DNA of 64,000 nucleotides from Candidatus Hydrogenedentota bacterium (GCA_034669905.1 JAXMOL010000019.1:1-64000), one strand, 5' to 3'; positions 37,670 through 51,180 are shown, counted from the stretch's first letter. Notes: generated by a model from the letters alone, not told the origin. A program made the numbers and translations.

Positions 37670-39076
37670 CTAGTCGCGAATCGTCTTCGTCAGTTGCTCC
37701 ACCATCTGGCGAGAGGTGGGAGACTCTTTGACTTCTTTGCTGACCTTATCGCAGGCATACAAGACCGTGGTGTGGTCTTTTCCGCCGAACGCATCGCCCA
37801 CGTCACTGAGAGAAAGGCTTGGTATGAGCTCCTTGCAGAGATACATAGCCAACTGCCGGGGCTTCACGATCTGACGCTGGCGACTGCGGCCGTGCAGGTC
37901 GGAAATTCGCACGTCAAAATGATCGGCCACCGCGCGCTGCACCTGCTCGATCGTTACAGGGCGAATCTTTTCCGAGCCAATGAGATCACGAAGTACCTCT
38001 TCCACGAGAGATATCGTAATCTTCTCCTCGGTGAGACGGCTATAGGCGAGCACAGTTATCAACGCACCTTCGAGCTCACGAATGTTGGTCGTGATATAGG
38101 TCGCAATGTAACGCATGACATCGTCGGGAACCGTCAGGTTTTCATCTTGCGCTTTACGCTGCAGAATGGCCACCCGGGTTTCCAGATCGGGCGGTTGAAT
38201 GTCGGTCACCAGACCCCATTCAAAGCGGGAGATAAGCCGCTCTTCGATACCCCGGATTTCTTTGGGGCTCCGATCACTGGAAAGAACAATCTGCTTATGC
38301 ATATCAAAGAGCACATTGAAGGTATGGAAGAATTCTTCCTGGGTCGCTTCCTTCCCGGCGATAAACTGAATATCGTCGATAAGCAGGACATCTACCTTAC
38401 GATAACGGGTCCGAAACTTCTGCGTAGACTTTTCCGCGATGCTCTGAATCAACTGATTGGTGAAATGCTCGGACGAAATAAACACGCACCGCAATTCAGG
38501 GCGTTGGGACAGGAGGTACTGTCCAATACCCTGCATCAGGTGGGTTTTGCCCAGCCCGGTTCCGCCATAGAGGAAGAGGGGATTGTAGGCCCGGCCGGGA
38601 GATTCGGCCACGGCCCGCGCGGCCGCGTGGGCAAAGCGATTGCCAGAGCCTATCACGAAGCGGTCAAAGGTATAGCGGGGATTAAATCCGTTAAAGGTAC
38701 GGCGATTACTGCTGGAAGACTTTGAGTTCGCAGGTGCCGATGCACGTGTCGCGGACGGTGCGGGCCCCATGGGCAGGGAGGCAGCGGAAGGCACCCGGCT
38801 GTCTTTCGACTCGGCCACCGGTTCGGGACGGGGTATAAATCGGACCGACTCAAAATCAGGCATCACTTTTCGCAGCGAATCACAAACGGCATCCATGTAG
38901 TGATCCCGCAACCAGTCTGCAAAAAACTGGCTGGGAACACCGACCGTCAGTTTTCCGTTGGCGCAAGACTCGAAGCGTGTCTGAGAAAACCAATTCTTGT
39001 AGCTATACTCATCCAGTGCGGTCTGCAGGTGAACCTGCGCTTGCTGCCAAGGGTTTGATTTGCTTGCTGAAGCCAT
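37670..39076 (-). CDS. dnaA: Chromosomal replication initiator DnaA
   Basis: YNPLFLYGGTGLGKTHL, LLIDDIQF, RELEGAL, RQLAMYL, GGKDHTTV; ATG 39076 after SD AGGAGA. Confidence 0.98.
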   Translation of the reverse strand: MASASKSNPWQQAQVHLQTALDEYSYKNWFSQTRFESCANGKLTVGVPSQFFADWLRDHYMDAVCDSLRKVMPDFESVRFIPRPEPVAESKDSRVPSAASLPMGPAPSATRASAPANSKSSSSNRRTFNGFNPRYTFDRFVIGSGNRFAHAAARAVAESPGRAYNPLFLYGGTGLGKTHLMQGIGQYLLSQRPELRCVFISSEHFTNQLIQSIAEKSTQKFRTRYRKVDVLLIDDIQFIAGKEATQEEFFHTFNVLFDMHKQIVLSSDRSPKEIRGIEERLISRFEWGLVTDIQPPDLETRVAILQRKAQDENLTVPDDVMRYIATYITTNIRELEGALITVLAYSRLTEEKITISLVEEVLRDLIGSEKIRPVTIEQVQRAVADHFDVRISDLHGRSRQRQIVKPRQLAMYLCKELIPSLSLSDVGDAFGGKDHTTVLYACDKVSKEVKESPTSRQMVEQLTKTIRD

Positions 39077-39250
39077 CGTTTCTCCTGTCCAACCACAAAA
39101 ATTAGCCCGCTCTTCGTCACCCGACCACAAGAAGAACGAATCACCACCAAATTCTGACCACGCGACGGCGTCCCGTATTGCCCGTACAATACGTCGCCAA
39201 CCACCCCATACAGGCCGGTCGAACGCGTCCCACAAACGCACCAACCAGAG

Positions 39251-39336
39251 AAACCCACAGGTTATCCACAGGTTACTTACAAGTTATCCACAGCTTCATT
39301 TTACCCTTTAAAAACAAGGGTTTTATTACAAAACTG
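39251..39336. promoter_or_regulatory. DnaA-box array plus AT-rich tract (candidate oriC / dnaA autoregulatory site)
   Basis: TTATCCACA at 39262 and 39284; degenerate boxes at 39251 and 39273; AT-rich 39295-39336. Confidence 0.75.
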
Positions 39337-39781
39337 AGCTTGAGTTTGCACCATCTTCGGGACCCATGTCAAGCCCCTTCTTAAGTATATTGTCTGCACC
39401 GGGTTTGATACGTTGCCAGTAGGCTTCGAGCTCATCTTCCGTGCAACTTTTGACGCTTTTTCCGTCTTTTTCGAGGGCATTCTTAAGATGGAAAAAGCGA
39501 TTTTCAAAACGCTGTGTCGCCTCGCGCAACGCCGCGCGGGGATCGGCATCCAGAAAGCGGGCCAAGTTGACCGCTATCAATAACAAGTCGCCTAACTCCC
39601 GGCGCGCATGGGGGGCATCACCCGCGGCCAGGGCCTCACGTATTTCGCCTAACTCCTCCGCCACCTTCGCCAGCACCCCGTCGATATGCTGCCAATCAAA
39701 TCCTTCCCGGGAAGCGGCGGACTGAACACGGAGCGAGTAAGAAAGACTGTCTTCTACGCGCTTGTTCGTGTCACGATCCAT
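39326..39781 (-). CDS. Single-domain MazG-like nucleotide pyrophosphohydrolase
   Basis: AASREGFDW, KVAEELGE, ELGDLL...VNLAR, F..RF. Confidence 0.85.
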   Translation of the reverse strand: MDRDTNKRVEDSLSYSLRVQSAASREGFDWQHIDGVLAKVAEELGEIREALAAGDAPHARRELGDLLLIAVNLARFLDADPRAALREATQRFENRFFHLKNALEKDGKSVKSCTEDELEAYWQRIKPGADNILKKGLDMGPEDGANSSSVL

Positions 39782-39913
39782 GCCATTTTCCCGTCAAACA
39801 GATGCAACTCACCCGTCATGTAGTTGGAATCGAATTAAGGCCGACAAGGGCTACTACACTCCGGTCCCGCCCTCCCGTTGGAACCAAAATGTCTCCTCAA
39901 GAGCAAGAAATGC

Positions 39914-39942
39914 AGTATAGCATCGCCCCGAAGACAAAGCAA
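39914..39942 (-). promoter_or_regulatory. Sigma70-type promoter upstream of the mazG-like gene
   Basis: Minus strand TTGCTT-N17-TATACT. Confidence 0.5.
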
Positions 39943-40134
39943 GGAGAAATCCGATCACGTAGTAAATACGGGGCGATCGGGCGCGAAAACCTATTTTAAT
40001 CTCCACAAACCGCCGTGTCTTGCCCGGAGCTGGCATTGCGACGGGTCTGCACTCTTTCGTATGATACGACTTCGCAGTAACGGCAGCCACTATTGGCACC
40101 TGACCCTTCCCCAACCTGACTGGAACTCACTACC

Positions 40135-41124
40135 ATGGACCTTCCCCGCCTGGCAATTACCATGGGGGATGTAAACGGCATCGGCCCGGAGCTGGTGACG
40201 AAGTTTTTCGCCCATCACAAGCCCGACGCGTGGTGTCGACCGATCATCTTCGGATGTACAAGCGCCTTGGAATCGGTGCGCCATGTGGTCGCCAGCCCGC
40301 CCCACTTTGTGGCTGTGGATTCGGTGGAGGAAGGCCTGACCGTGCGCGATGGCATCCCCGTCTATAATGCAGGCCACCCCGCCCCACCTGTTGAGTTCGG
40401 CGTGGAGAATCCGGAAGCAGGACGTGCGGCGATCATCTGGATTGAAGCCGCGACCCGTGCCTGCATTGCGCGATCCCTCGATGGGCTCGTCACCTGTCCA
40501 ATCAGTAAGGCCTGCATTTACAAGGCAGGCTACCATTATATCGGTCACACCGAGTTGGTCGCCGAGCTCACGGGCACGTCGGAATATCGCATGTGCCTGT
40601 TCACCGACACCATGCGGATTGTGCACATCACAGGCCACCTTTCCCTTTCCGACGCGCTGGCTGCGGTTAAAAAAGACCGCATCGTCGCGTCCGTTCAAAT
40701 CGGATACGCGGCCCTGAAGAAGCTGGGCCTTCCCTCGCCCCGTATCGCAGTGGCCGGCCTGAATCCCCACGCGGGCGAAGAAGGCGCATTTGGACAAGAA
40801 GAAATTGAAGAAATCCGTCCGGCCGTCGAGGCATGTCAGGCCCTGGGTATCCCTTGTGACGGCCCCTTCCCACCCGACACGGTCTTTCGCAAGATGCAGG
40901 CAGGCCAGTACCAGATGGTAATCGCCATGTACCATGATCAGGGACACATTCCGCTTAAGTTGATGGCCATGGACGAAGGGGTAAATGTGACACTTGGAAT
41001 CCCCATTGTACGGACCTCGGTGGATCACGGCACGGCGTTTGATATCGCGGGAAAAGGTGAAGCCAGTGAGCAAAGTCTTATCGCTGCGACCCGTCTCGCG
41101 GCCCAACTGGGACAATCGACATGA
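40135..41124 (+). CDS. pdxA: 4-hydroxythreonine-4-phosphate dehydrogenase
   Basis: ITMGDVNGIGPE, GHTE, GLNPHAGE, AMYHDQG, RTSVDHGTAFDIAG. Confidence 0.95.
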   Translation: MDLPRLAITMGDVNGIGPELVTKFFAHHKPDAWCRPIIFGCTSALESVRHVVASPPHFVAVDSVEEGLTVRDGIPVYNAGHPAPPVEFGVENPEAGRAAIIWIEAATRACIARSLDGLVTCPISKACIYKAGYHYIGHTELVAELTGTSEYRMCLFTDTMRIVHITGHLSLSDALAAVKKDRIVASVQIGYAALKKLGLPSPRIAVAGLNPHAGEEGAFGQEEIEEIRPAVEACQALGIPCDGPFPPDTVFRKMQAGQYQMVIAMYHDQGHIPLKLMAMDEGVNVTLGIPIVRTSVDHGTAFDIAGKGEASEQSLIAATRLAAQLGQST

Positions 41125-42380
41125 GGTGGCAAAAAAGAATCGTTCGACTGGGTGTCAATGCGGCCCTCGCATTCATGCTACTGCCCGAATTCGCACCGGT
41201 GGCGGCGGGACTGCGTGTGCACCCCGTAACCTTTCGCGTGGGCCCGAATCCGAGCGCTATCGTTGCGGTGGATATTAACGGCGACAAGTGGCCAGAGATC
41301 ATTACGGCCGATCGGGGGACCTTAAGCGATTTACGGGAAGAACGACCGGCCAACGATGAGCTTTCGTTGCTCATCGGCCAGGGCGACCTCAAGTATCAGA
41401 AACACCATCCTTCGCTGAAGACCGATTTCGGACCCTATGCCATTGCCGTAGCCAACATCGACGCACACCGCTGGCCCGACATCCTGGTGGCCAATTTCCA
41501 CGCCACCCGTCGGCGCGATGTCAGCCTCTTCCTGAATCTCCAGGAGGAGGGCATTTACAAGCCAGTCTATTTCGAAGTTCCCGGTGAGGCACTGACTTAT
41601 GCCCGCCAGGTCGACGGGGATGGCACCCCCATATTTCATACACCGGGGCTCACGTCGATCCAGGTGGGCGACACCAATAAGGACGGCTTGCGCGACGTGG
41701 TCGCAGTCGGTTGGGGCAGCGACTCACTCATCACGCTGGCGGGTGACTCCGAGGCGTTGCTGTTGCCCCCCAAAGCGACACCCCTCCGTGGCGGTCCCTT
41801 CTCGCTGGTTCTGGTGGATATCAACCACGACAAGATTCTGGATGTGGCCGTCACACTGATGGCGAGCAATGAGATCGCCGTATTGCGTGGGGATGGTCAT
41901 GGGGGCTTTGAAGAAGTCCAACGCTTTGCCAGCCGTGGACGACTCCCCCATCGGCTGGAGAGTGCCGACATCAACCAGGACGGTCAAGAGGATCTGGTGG
42001 TGTCCCACAAGTATACGGATGACTCCATCATGATCTTTTATGGCGCGGGCGATTTTTCCTTTCCGGTGTCCCAGGAAATCTTGTTGGGCCCGGATCGGGA
42101 TGTGCTTGAACATGAGATTCGGGATATTACCATCGGCGACTTCAACCAGGATGGATTTCCCGACATCGCGGCAGCCTGCTTTGAATCCGCCCAGGTGATT
42201 ACCTTGATCACCGACAACAGCAAGAACAAATCGTTCCTTGAATTCCAGCGGGCGAGCCATACTTTCAAAGACGGAAAGCCCCGTGCACTGGACACGGCCG
42301 ATCTGAATCTGGACGAGAAAGATGACATCGTTGTCGCCTTGTGGGGCCTCAATGAAGTCGGCATTCTTCTCAATCAGTAG
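41121..42380 (+). CDS. Exported FG-GAP/VCBS repeat protein
   Basis: About 7 D.N.DG..D repeats; signal-like N-terminus. Confidence 0.85.
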   Translation: MRWQKRIVRLGVNAALAFMLLPEFAPVAAGLRVHPVTFRVGPNPSAIVAVDINGDKWPEIITADRGTLSDLREERPANDELSLLIGQGDLKYQKHHPSLKTDFGPYAIAVANIDAHRWPDILVANFHATRRRDVSLFLNLQEEGIYKPVYFEVPGEALTYARQVDGDGTPIFHTPGLTSIQVGDTNKDGLRDVVAVGWGSDSLITLAGDSEALLLPPKATPLRGGPFSLVLVDINHDKILDVAVTLMASNEIAVLRGDGHGGFEEVQRFASRGRLPHRLESADINQDGQEDLVVSHKYTDDSIMIFYGAGDFSFPVSQEILLGPDRDVLEHEIRDITIGDFNQDGFPDIAAACFESAQVITLITDNSKNKSFLEFQRASHTFKDGKPRALDTADLNLDEKDDIVVALWGLNEVGILLNQ

Positions 42381-42390
42381 GCGTTCACCA

Positions 42391-44631
42391 TCAGCTCTTC
42401 GGAACGTCGTTATCCAGGGGCTTCAGCGTCCGTAGCCCACGCTTCAATTCCGCCAACTGGTCGGGGGGCAATGGTGAACCGCCAAATCGGACGGTGTTAT
42501 AGCACGCCAGGAGCTTCATGGCACCTTCGGGTGCCCCCCAGGTGGGTGAAGCAAGGGTTGCTTCCAGTTCCTCAGCCGTTTTTCCGCGACAATCCACACC
42601 ATGCTTCCGCAGGAGCCGGCGCAACGCCAAATAAAGTTCAATCACCTTTAGTTGGTCCGGCGTCATCTCAAAGGGACTGGGGGCCGGGCGTTTTCGAATC
42701 CGAAAGAGCAACCAGAGCGCGAGACTGAAGGAGAGCGCCAACATAAACAGATTAGACATGCCGGTTCGGTTGCTTCCCGAACTAACGGCGCCCCCCGCCC
42801 CAGCACCTTCCTCTTCTTCTTCCCCGGTGAAGTTTCGCACGAAGCCCAGGGACAACTCGCGCAACCGCTGCAGGTGGCTGGCCCGATCAAAACCCACGAT
42901 CTCCTGGAACCAGAACATCTTGGCCTTCAGTCCAATGCGGGAAAGCATGAGGGCCAGGCGCTGCATCTGGGTGGATTGGAAGTTGTCGGACTGGGGCGAC
43001 GGGTCAAAAATAACCCACCCGATTTCGGGGAACCAGACTTCGACCCACAGATGGGCCATGCTGGCCCGCACAGTATAGGTCGCATCCGATGCCTCCCACT
43101 CTCCGCCGCGGTAGCCACTGACAACCCGGGTGGGAATCCCCTGACTCCGCAGCATGAGGGCCATGGCGGTGGCGAACAATTCACAATGCCCGAGCCTGGT
43201 GCGATTGATAAACGTATCTATCACCGGCCCCGTTCCCATATCCGGGATGCTCAGGGAATAGAGGTAATCGGGACCACTTAGATATTCCTCAATGGCCACA
43301 GCCTTGTCATAGGCATTGCTGGCGTCCGCTGTAATTCGATTCGCCAGGGCTACGGATTGGGGAGAAAGGTCGTATTCGAGAAACTCGATCCCCCGGTTAC
43401 TGCCTGGAGTCAACGCGAAATCTGGTGCGGCCCGCAACTGCTCCACCGATGGGCGCTCCGGTTCAGACCAGGCTTCATAATTCAACCGGTTGACCGAACC
43501 GGCCTTGTCCAGCACGACGGTCAGGTCCCCATCATTCCCCCATCGCAGCCGCTTTCCACGGGGGCTATCTGAAATCCGCATCGACTGCACCAGACTCATG
43601 GCCGGCACACCGGTACTCGGCGCCTTGTCCAGGTAGATGAGCTGACGGACAAGCCGTTTCCCCGCCCGGGGCGTACGACTGAGCTCCGAGTGACCACCAC
43701 GTTGCCGCGTGAAGCTGCTTGGATCCGTGATCATGGCGCGGCGATGTGCAATACCGGGATCAATTAATCCACCAAACTGGCGCTGCCAGGTATTTCCCAC
43801 ATATTTCCCCAGGGTGGTCACCCGCCAGTAGAGCCAGTCATTCGTCGGCACCTGGCCGTTGGGCTCATCGGGAAAGCGCACCATCAGAACGGGCGTATTG
43901 TCCAATTCGATGGTCATCCCAGAATCGAGCTCTACTTCCTCTGAAAGGCCGGTTCGCTCGACCACATCCTGGCTGCGCCCGAAAATACCTGCCTCGATCC
44001 GTGGCGTCAGCACGAAAAACAGCACGGTCATGGAAACCATGATGACCGAAAGCCCCGTAGCCGCGAGTGGCATGCTGGCGCGTCCCCCGGCGAGCTTACC
44101 ATGGAATTCGGGATTGTCCATGTTGTCGAGCCCCACGATCTCCGGCTCGGTAAGCGTCTCGGCCGAAGCCTGCTCCGCGGCCATACGAAGCGCCAGGCTT
44201 GCCCACACGGCGCTGATAAGAAAGCAGACCATGATGATACCGATGAGCGGGTCTGGCGACTGCACGCACGCCGCCAGCAGGAGAAAGAGGGACATGAGGT
44301 GGAGATGGTAGTAGTTTCGCGCCTCTTTCTGGTGCAACAGGGTATACAGCTGGATGTAGCAAACCAGAACGGTTACCGCATTCAGCACATGGAGCGAGAT
44401 GACGGTGAGGGGCAGGAAGCACAAGTAGGCGATGGTAATGCCGCGTGTCACAACCCCATAGGCCGGGTAACGGGCATGAAGGTATTCCGCCGGGCGCACA
44501 CACGCCAGGGCAATCAGCGGGGGAAAAAGGACGGCCGGGCCGATCTGGGGCACGGAGGAAAGGGCCCAGTAGCCACACAAAACCAGTGCGGCGGTGGACC
44601 AGCGTAGCATGGGCATTTTTCTACTATCCAT
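42391..44631 (-). CDS. DUF3488 + transglutaminase-like membrane protein (TgpA-like)
   Basis: N-terminal TMs; GHCELFATAM, GY.GGE, AHLWVEV, DPSP (Cys-His-Asp). Confidence 0.88.
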   Translation of the reverse strand: MDSRKMPMLRWSTAALVLCGYWALSSVPQIGPAVLFPPLIALACVRPAEYLHARYPAYGVVTRGITIAYLCFLPLTVISLHVLNAVTVLVCYIQLYTLLHQKEARNYYHLHLMSLFLLLAACVQSPDPLIGIIMVCFLISAVWASLALRMAAEQASAETLTEPEIVGLDNMDNPEFHGKLAGGRASMPLAATGLSVIMVSMTVLFFVLTPRIEAGIFGRSQDVVERTGLSEEVELDSGMTIELDNTPVLMVRFPDEPNGQVPTNDWLYWRVTTLGKYVGNTWQRQFGGLIDPGIAHRRAMITDPSSFTRQRGGHSELSRTPRAGKRLVRQLIYLDKAPSTGVPAMSLVQSMRISDSPRGKRLRWGNDGDLTVVLDKAGSVNRLNYEAWSEPERPSVEQLRAAPDFALTPGSNRGIEFLEYDLSPQSVALANRITADASNAYDKAVAIEEYLSGPDYLYSLSIPDMGTGPVIDTFINRTRLGHCELFATAMALMLRSQGIPTRVVSGYRGGEWEASDATYTVRASMAHLWVEVWFPEIGWVIFDPSPQSDNFQSTQMQRLALMLSRIGLKAKMFWFQEIVGFDRASHLQRLRELSLGFVRNFTGEEEEEGAGAGGAVSSGSNRTGMSNLFMLALSFSLALWLLFRIRKRPAPSPFEMTPDQLKVIELYLALRRLLRKHGVDCRGKTAEELEATLASPTWGAPEGAMKLLACYNTVRFGGSPLPPDQLAELKRGLRTLKPLDNDVPKS

Positions 44632-45697
44632 TGACCAACTCCCGCGGGTCCAGCACCCGTCCGTGATCGGTGGCCATACCCCACGCCTGGGGATCGGGCG
44701 AAATCAGGAAAACGGCGGCATTGGCCGAGTCAATGGCCGAAATCTGGTGGTCGATGGCCGTTTCTTTGTCGGCCACAACCACACTGGCCAGCAGTTCGAG
44801 TACCCGTCGTTCGTGCCCTTTTCCATCCCCCCCTTCCAGGAAGCCTTTGGAAGTGACAATGGAGACTTCATTGCGGCGACGGAGCAGCATAATGGCGATG
44901 GAGGCCGTCAACTCGATGGCCTGCTCGAAACGCTCATTAAAGTCTTCGACCCCTGGGTTGTAGGTCGTGTCCAAGGCCAGCACGACGAGTCGGCTTTGAT
45001 ATTGAGCCAGCTCCCGCACAATCCACTTGTCGAGACGGGCACTTATCCGCCACACGATCCGTCGGATGTCATCGCCGGGCACGTATTCACGCAATCCGAA
45101 ATACTCATCCCCATCGTCGGTAGACTGATTGCTGACTTTTCCTGCGCTGGGAATGCGTTGGAAGGCGCTGGCGCGGATCATATGAACCCGGGGGTAGACC
45201 AATACCTTGGAGCCGTCCTGGAAGCCCCGGCAGCGTTCCACCAGGCCAAAGGGGAATCCGCACACGATGCGATAGCCGGCCAGCAGGTGCTCACCGCGCT
45301 TCTCAAAGCACTCTTCCACACTCAGGCGGGCGGCCTGCCCAGCGGGCAAATGACCCACATAGCCACTGGTCCGCCGCGAATCGCTGTCCAGTTCGAGGCG
45401 GAGTGAAACCGCGGGAAACCATTTCCGGTGGTTTTCCAGACGCACATGGACCTGGAAGGGCTGGTCCCGATAGGCGGCCTTGGGCGCAATGCGGTGCAGC
45501 GTAATGTCTCTCAGCAAGAAGAGCGAAAGCAGCAGGGAGAAAACGACAAAACTGCTGAGTCCCCCGACCACGATGTAGAGAAGGTTGGTGCCGGTATTCC
45601 AGGCGGCGAGAAGGGAGAGTACCAGAATAACGACGTAACCCCAACCAACCGGGGTAAAGCGTGTATATCCCCGCGCTTTACGGGCGGCGCTCCTCAT
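44624..45697 (-). CDS. DUF58 domain protein
   Basis: NTGTNLLY, FPFGL, LVYP, LREYVPGDD.R.I.W..SAR. Confidence 0.88.
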   Translation of the reverse strand: MRSAARKARGYTRFTPVGWGYVVILVLSLLAAWNTGTNLLYIVVGGLSSFVVFSLLLSLFLLRDITLHRIAPKAAYRDQPFQVHVRLENHRKWFPAVSLRLELDSDSRRTSGYVGHLPAGQAARLSVEECFEKRGEHLLAGYRIVCGFPFGLVERCRGFQDGSKVLVYPRVHMIRASAFQRIPSAGKVSNQSTDDGDEYFGLREYVPGDDIRRIVWRISARLDKWIVRELAQYQSRLVVLALDTTYNPGVEDFNERFEQAIELTASIAIMLLRRRNEVSIVTSKGFLEGGDGKGHERRVLELLASVVVADKETAIDHQISAIDSANAAVFLISPDPQAWGMATDHGRVLDPRELVNG

Positions 45698-46644
45698 TAG
45701 ACCGGTACATCCGTATTCGCAACTATTTCGCGTATGACACGCGCCCGTTCCTGGGTGGCAATGGTCAGGTCGGCCCCGCGACTCTTCACCAGAATTCGAT
45801 GACTCAAGACGTGCACCGCCATATCCTTGACGTCCCCGGGTGTGACGTAATCCCGGCCTTCCACAAGGGCCTTGGCCTGGCAGACTTCGTAATACGTCAA
45901 CGAGCCACGGGGGCTTGCGCCCAATTGAACCTGCTCGTGATTTCGCGTGCCCTGCACAATACGCAGCAGGTAGTGAGCAACCGAGTCGTCCACCTTGACC
46001 TCACCGACTTTGTCCTGCAGGGCCAACACGTCCTCCACCGAAAGCACGGGCTTCATATCGTGGATCGCCTTTTGCGGATCACGTCTGCGCATGATGCGGA
46101 TTTCATCTTCCGACGGGGGATACCCCATCTCGACCCGCAACGCGAATCGGTCCAACTGGGACTCCGGCAAGATGTACGTGCCCTCATGCTCCACCGGGTT
46201 CTGCGTGGCGAGTACCATGAAAGGCCGTGGCAGGTCATGGGTTGTCCCATCGACCGAGACCTGAAACTCACTCATGGCTTCCATGAGTGCGCTCTGGGTC
46301 TTCGGCGGGGTGCGGTTGATTTCGTCGGCGAGAACGATACTGGCAAAGATGGGGCCACGCCGAAACTCGAAGTCGTTGGTCTTGTGGTCGAGAATGGACA
46401 CGCCAAGAATATCGGAGGGTAACATGTCGCTGGTAAACTGGACCCGATTAAAGGAGCAGTCCAGCGACCGCGCGATACTCTGTGCGATGGTGGTTTTTCC
46501 GATACCGGGCACGTCCTCAATGAGAATATGCCCCCGGGCGAGCAGCCCGATGACGCAGAGTTGAACCACGTCATGCTTGCCGTAAACTACCTGTTCGATA
46601 CTGCCCAACAACTGCTGAATCTTCGCCGTTACCTGTTCGTCCAT
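45697..46644 (-). CDS. MoxR family AAA+ ATPase
   Basis: EDVPGIGKT, QFTSDMLPSD, DEINR, ATQNP, LDRF, GASPR. Confidence 0.95.
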   Translation of the reverse strand: MDEQVTAKIQQLLGSIEQVVYGKHDVVQLCVIGLLARGHILIEDVPGIGKTTIAQSIARSLDCSFNRVQFTSDMLPSDILGVSILDHKTNDFEFRRGPIFASIVLADEINRTPPKTQSALMEAMSEFQVSVDGTTHDLPRPFMVLATQNPVEHEGTYILPESQLDRFALRVEMGYPPSEDEIRIMRRRDPQKAIHDMKPVLSVEDVLALQDKVGEVKVDDSVAHYLLRIVQGTRNHEQVQLGASPRGSLTYYEVCQAKALVEGRDYVTPGDVKDMAVHVLSHRILVKSRGADLTIATQERARVIREIVANTDVPV

Positions 46645-46749
46645 TCTCGCTCCAGAGGCCAGGCTACGGGGCGTCCCGAAGGGTCGCTCCGCGCCATTTG
46701 TGACAAGTTTCTTACAGCATGTCAATACGATAGAAAAAACAATACGAAA

Positions 46750-47715
46750 CTATAACCAACGCTCAAACCAGTCGTCGGCCATGTCCAGCGTTTCAAAGGT
46801 AACCTGATGCCCGTCGTCATGGCTGAAATGTTCGATAGCCTGGGGCGCGCCAAAATATTTATAGAGCCGGGCTGCCTGCGACACGGCGTCTGCGCAACTT
46901 TCGGGATTGCTCACGGCGGCATCCGTCATGGCCGTGATTACCAGGATAGCGCTCGGGGCAGCCATGGCCATGAGATGTTCCCAGTCAAAGGCCAACTCCC
47001 CGGCATCCAAGACCGCCTTCAGCTTGGGCAGCAGATTGATGGGACCCTCCTCGGACCAACGTCCAGGATTCGCATCTGTACTGAATCGGGAAAACCCGCA
47101 ACTGGCTACACAGCTCTGTACCCGGCGGTCCATGGCGGCAAGTAACAGGGCGTTGGCACCACCGAGACCGTGGCCTACCACGCCAATTCGTGCCCCGTCG
47201 ACCCGATCTTCCTGCTCTAACACATCCAAGGCGTGCTGGTGATCCACCAGCATTTTCCCCATGAGCGACATGGTCGGATTATCCTGGTAGAACATGGTGG
47301 CGTCATAGGCTTCTGAACGGCTGGAAATACGCTCCCCGGCCGTAATACAGTCGGGCGCAATGGTCACGTAGCCCCGCTCGGCATAATGCTGGGCCAGGGC
47401 CATCCGCCCATTCCCCTCCAAGCCGGCACATTCATCTTTCCCCTGGCGACATTCCTGATGACAGCACAGCATGGCCGGGGCCTCGTCACGCCCTTCCGGC
47501 AGAAACATCCACGCCGACACCCGTGTCCAATCGTCCACAAAATAATTTACCCGGCGTCGAACGTAGTTTGGAAAGTCGACCTCGTCGGTGATATTAAACT
47601 GCAGGTCTACCCGCTTATCCGGGCGCTCGCCCAGCATGTCGTCCACGGCGGCGGCAATTTCTTTGCGCGCTTTGGACCAACTGGCGGCACTTTCCAATGA
47701 ATTCAAATCTACCAT
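46750..47715 (-). CDS. Alpha/beta hydrolase (dienelactone hydrolase/Abhydrolase_7-like), nucleophile position is Gly
   Basis: RGYVTIAPD, RIGVVGHGLGG, D and DDGH near the C-terminus. Confidence 0.8.
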   Translation of the reverse strand: MVDLNSLESAASWSKARKEIAAAVDDMLGERPDKRVDLQFNITDEVDFPNYVRRRVNYFVDDWTRVSAWMFLPEGRDEAPAMLCCHQECRQGKDECAGLEGNGRMALAQHYAERGYVTIAPDCITAGERISSRSEAYDATMFYQDNPTMSLMGKMLVDHQHALDVLEQEDRVDGARIGVVGHGLGGANALLLAAMDRRVQSCVASCGFSRFSTDANPGRWSEEGPINLLPKLKAVLDAGELAFDWEHLMAMAAPSAILVITAMTDAAVSNPESCADAVSQAARLYKYFGAPQAIEHFSHDDGHQVTFETLDMADDWFERWL

Positions 47716-47793
47716 GCGTTGCTTTCTCCACACTTGCACTCGGTCAACTGAGTACGTTGTAACGCATGGCAGTAAGCTACTGCAAGCCGGTAG

Positions 47794-51116
<3,323 letters not shown>

Positions 51117-51180
51117 TTCCGACCATGAGCAGACCACAGAAAGAGCCCGTCTCCCCACGCCGAACACCTGGAGTACGTCT

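Noticed and set aside
39077..39244. N-terminal extension of DnaA in the ORF track
   Set aside because: No DnaA-like sequence; a good SD precedes ATG 39076.
39848..39880. Resemblance to SRP RNA helix 8 on the minus strand (GGGCGGGACCGGAGTGTAGTAGCCC)
   Set aside because: Lacks the conserved CAGG, GNRA tetraloop and AGCA, and I see no long closing helix.
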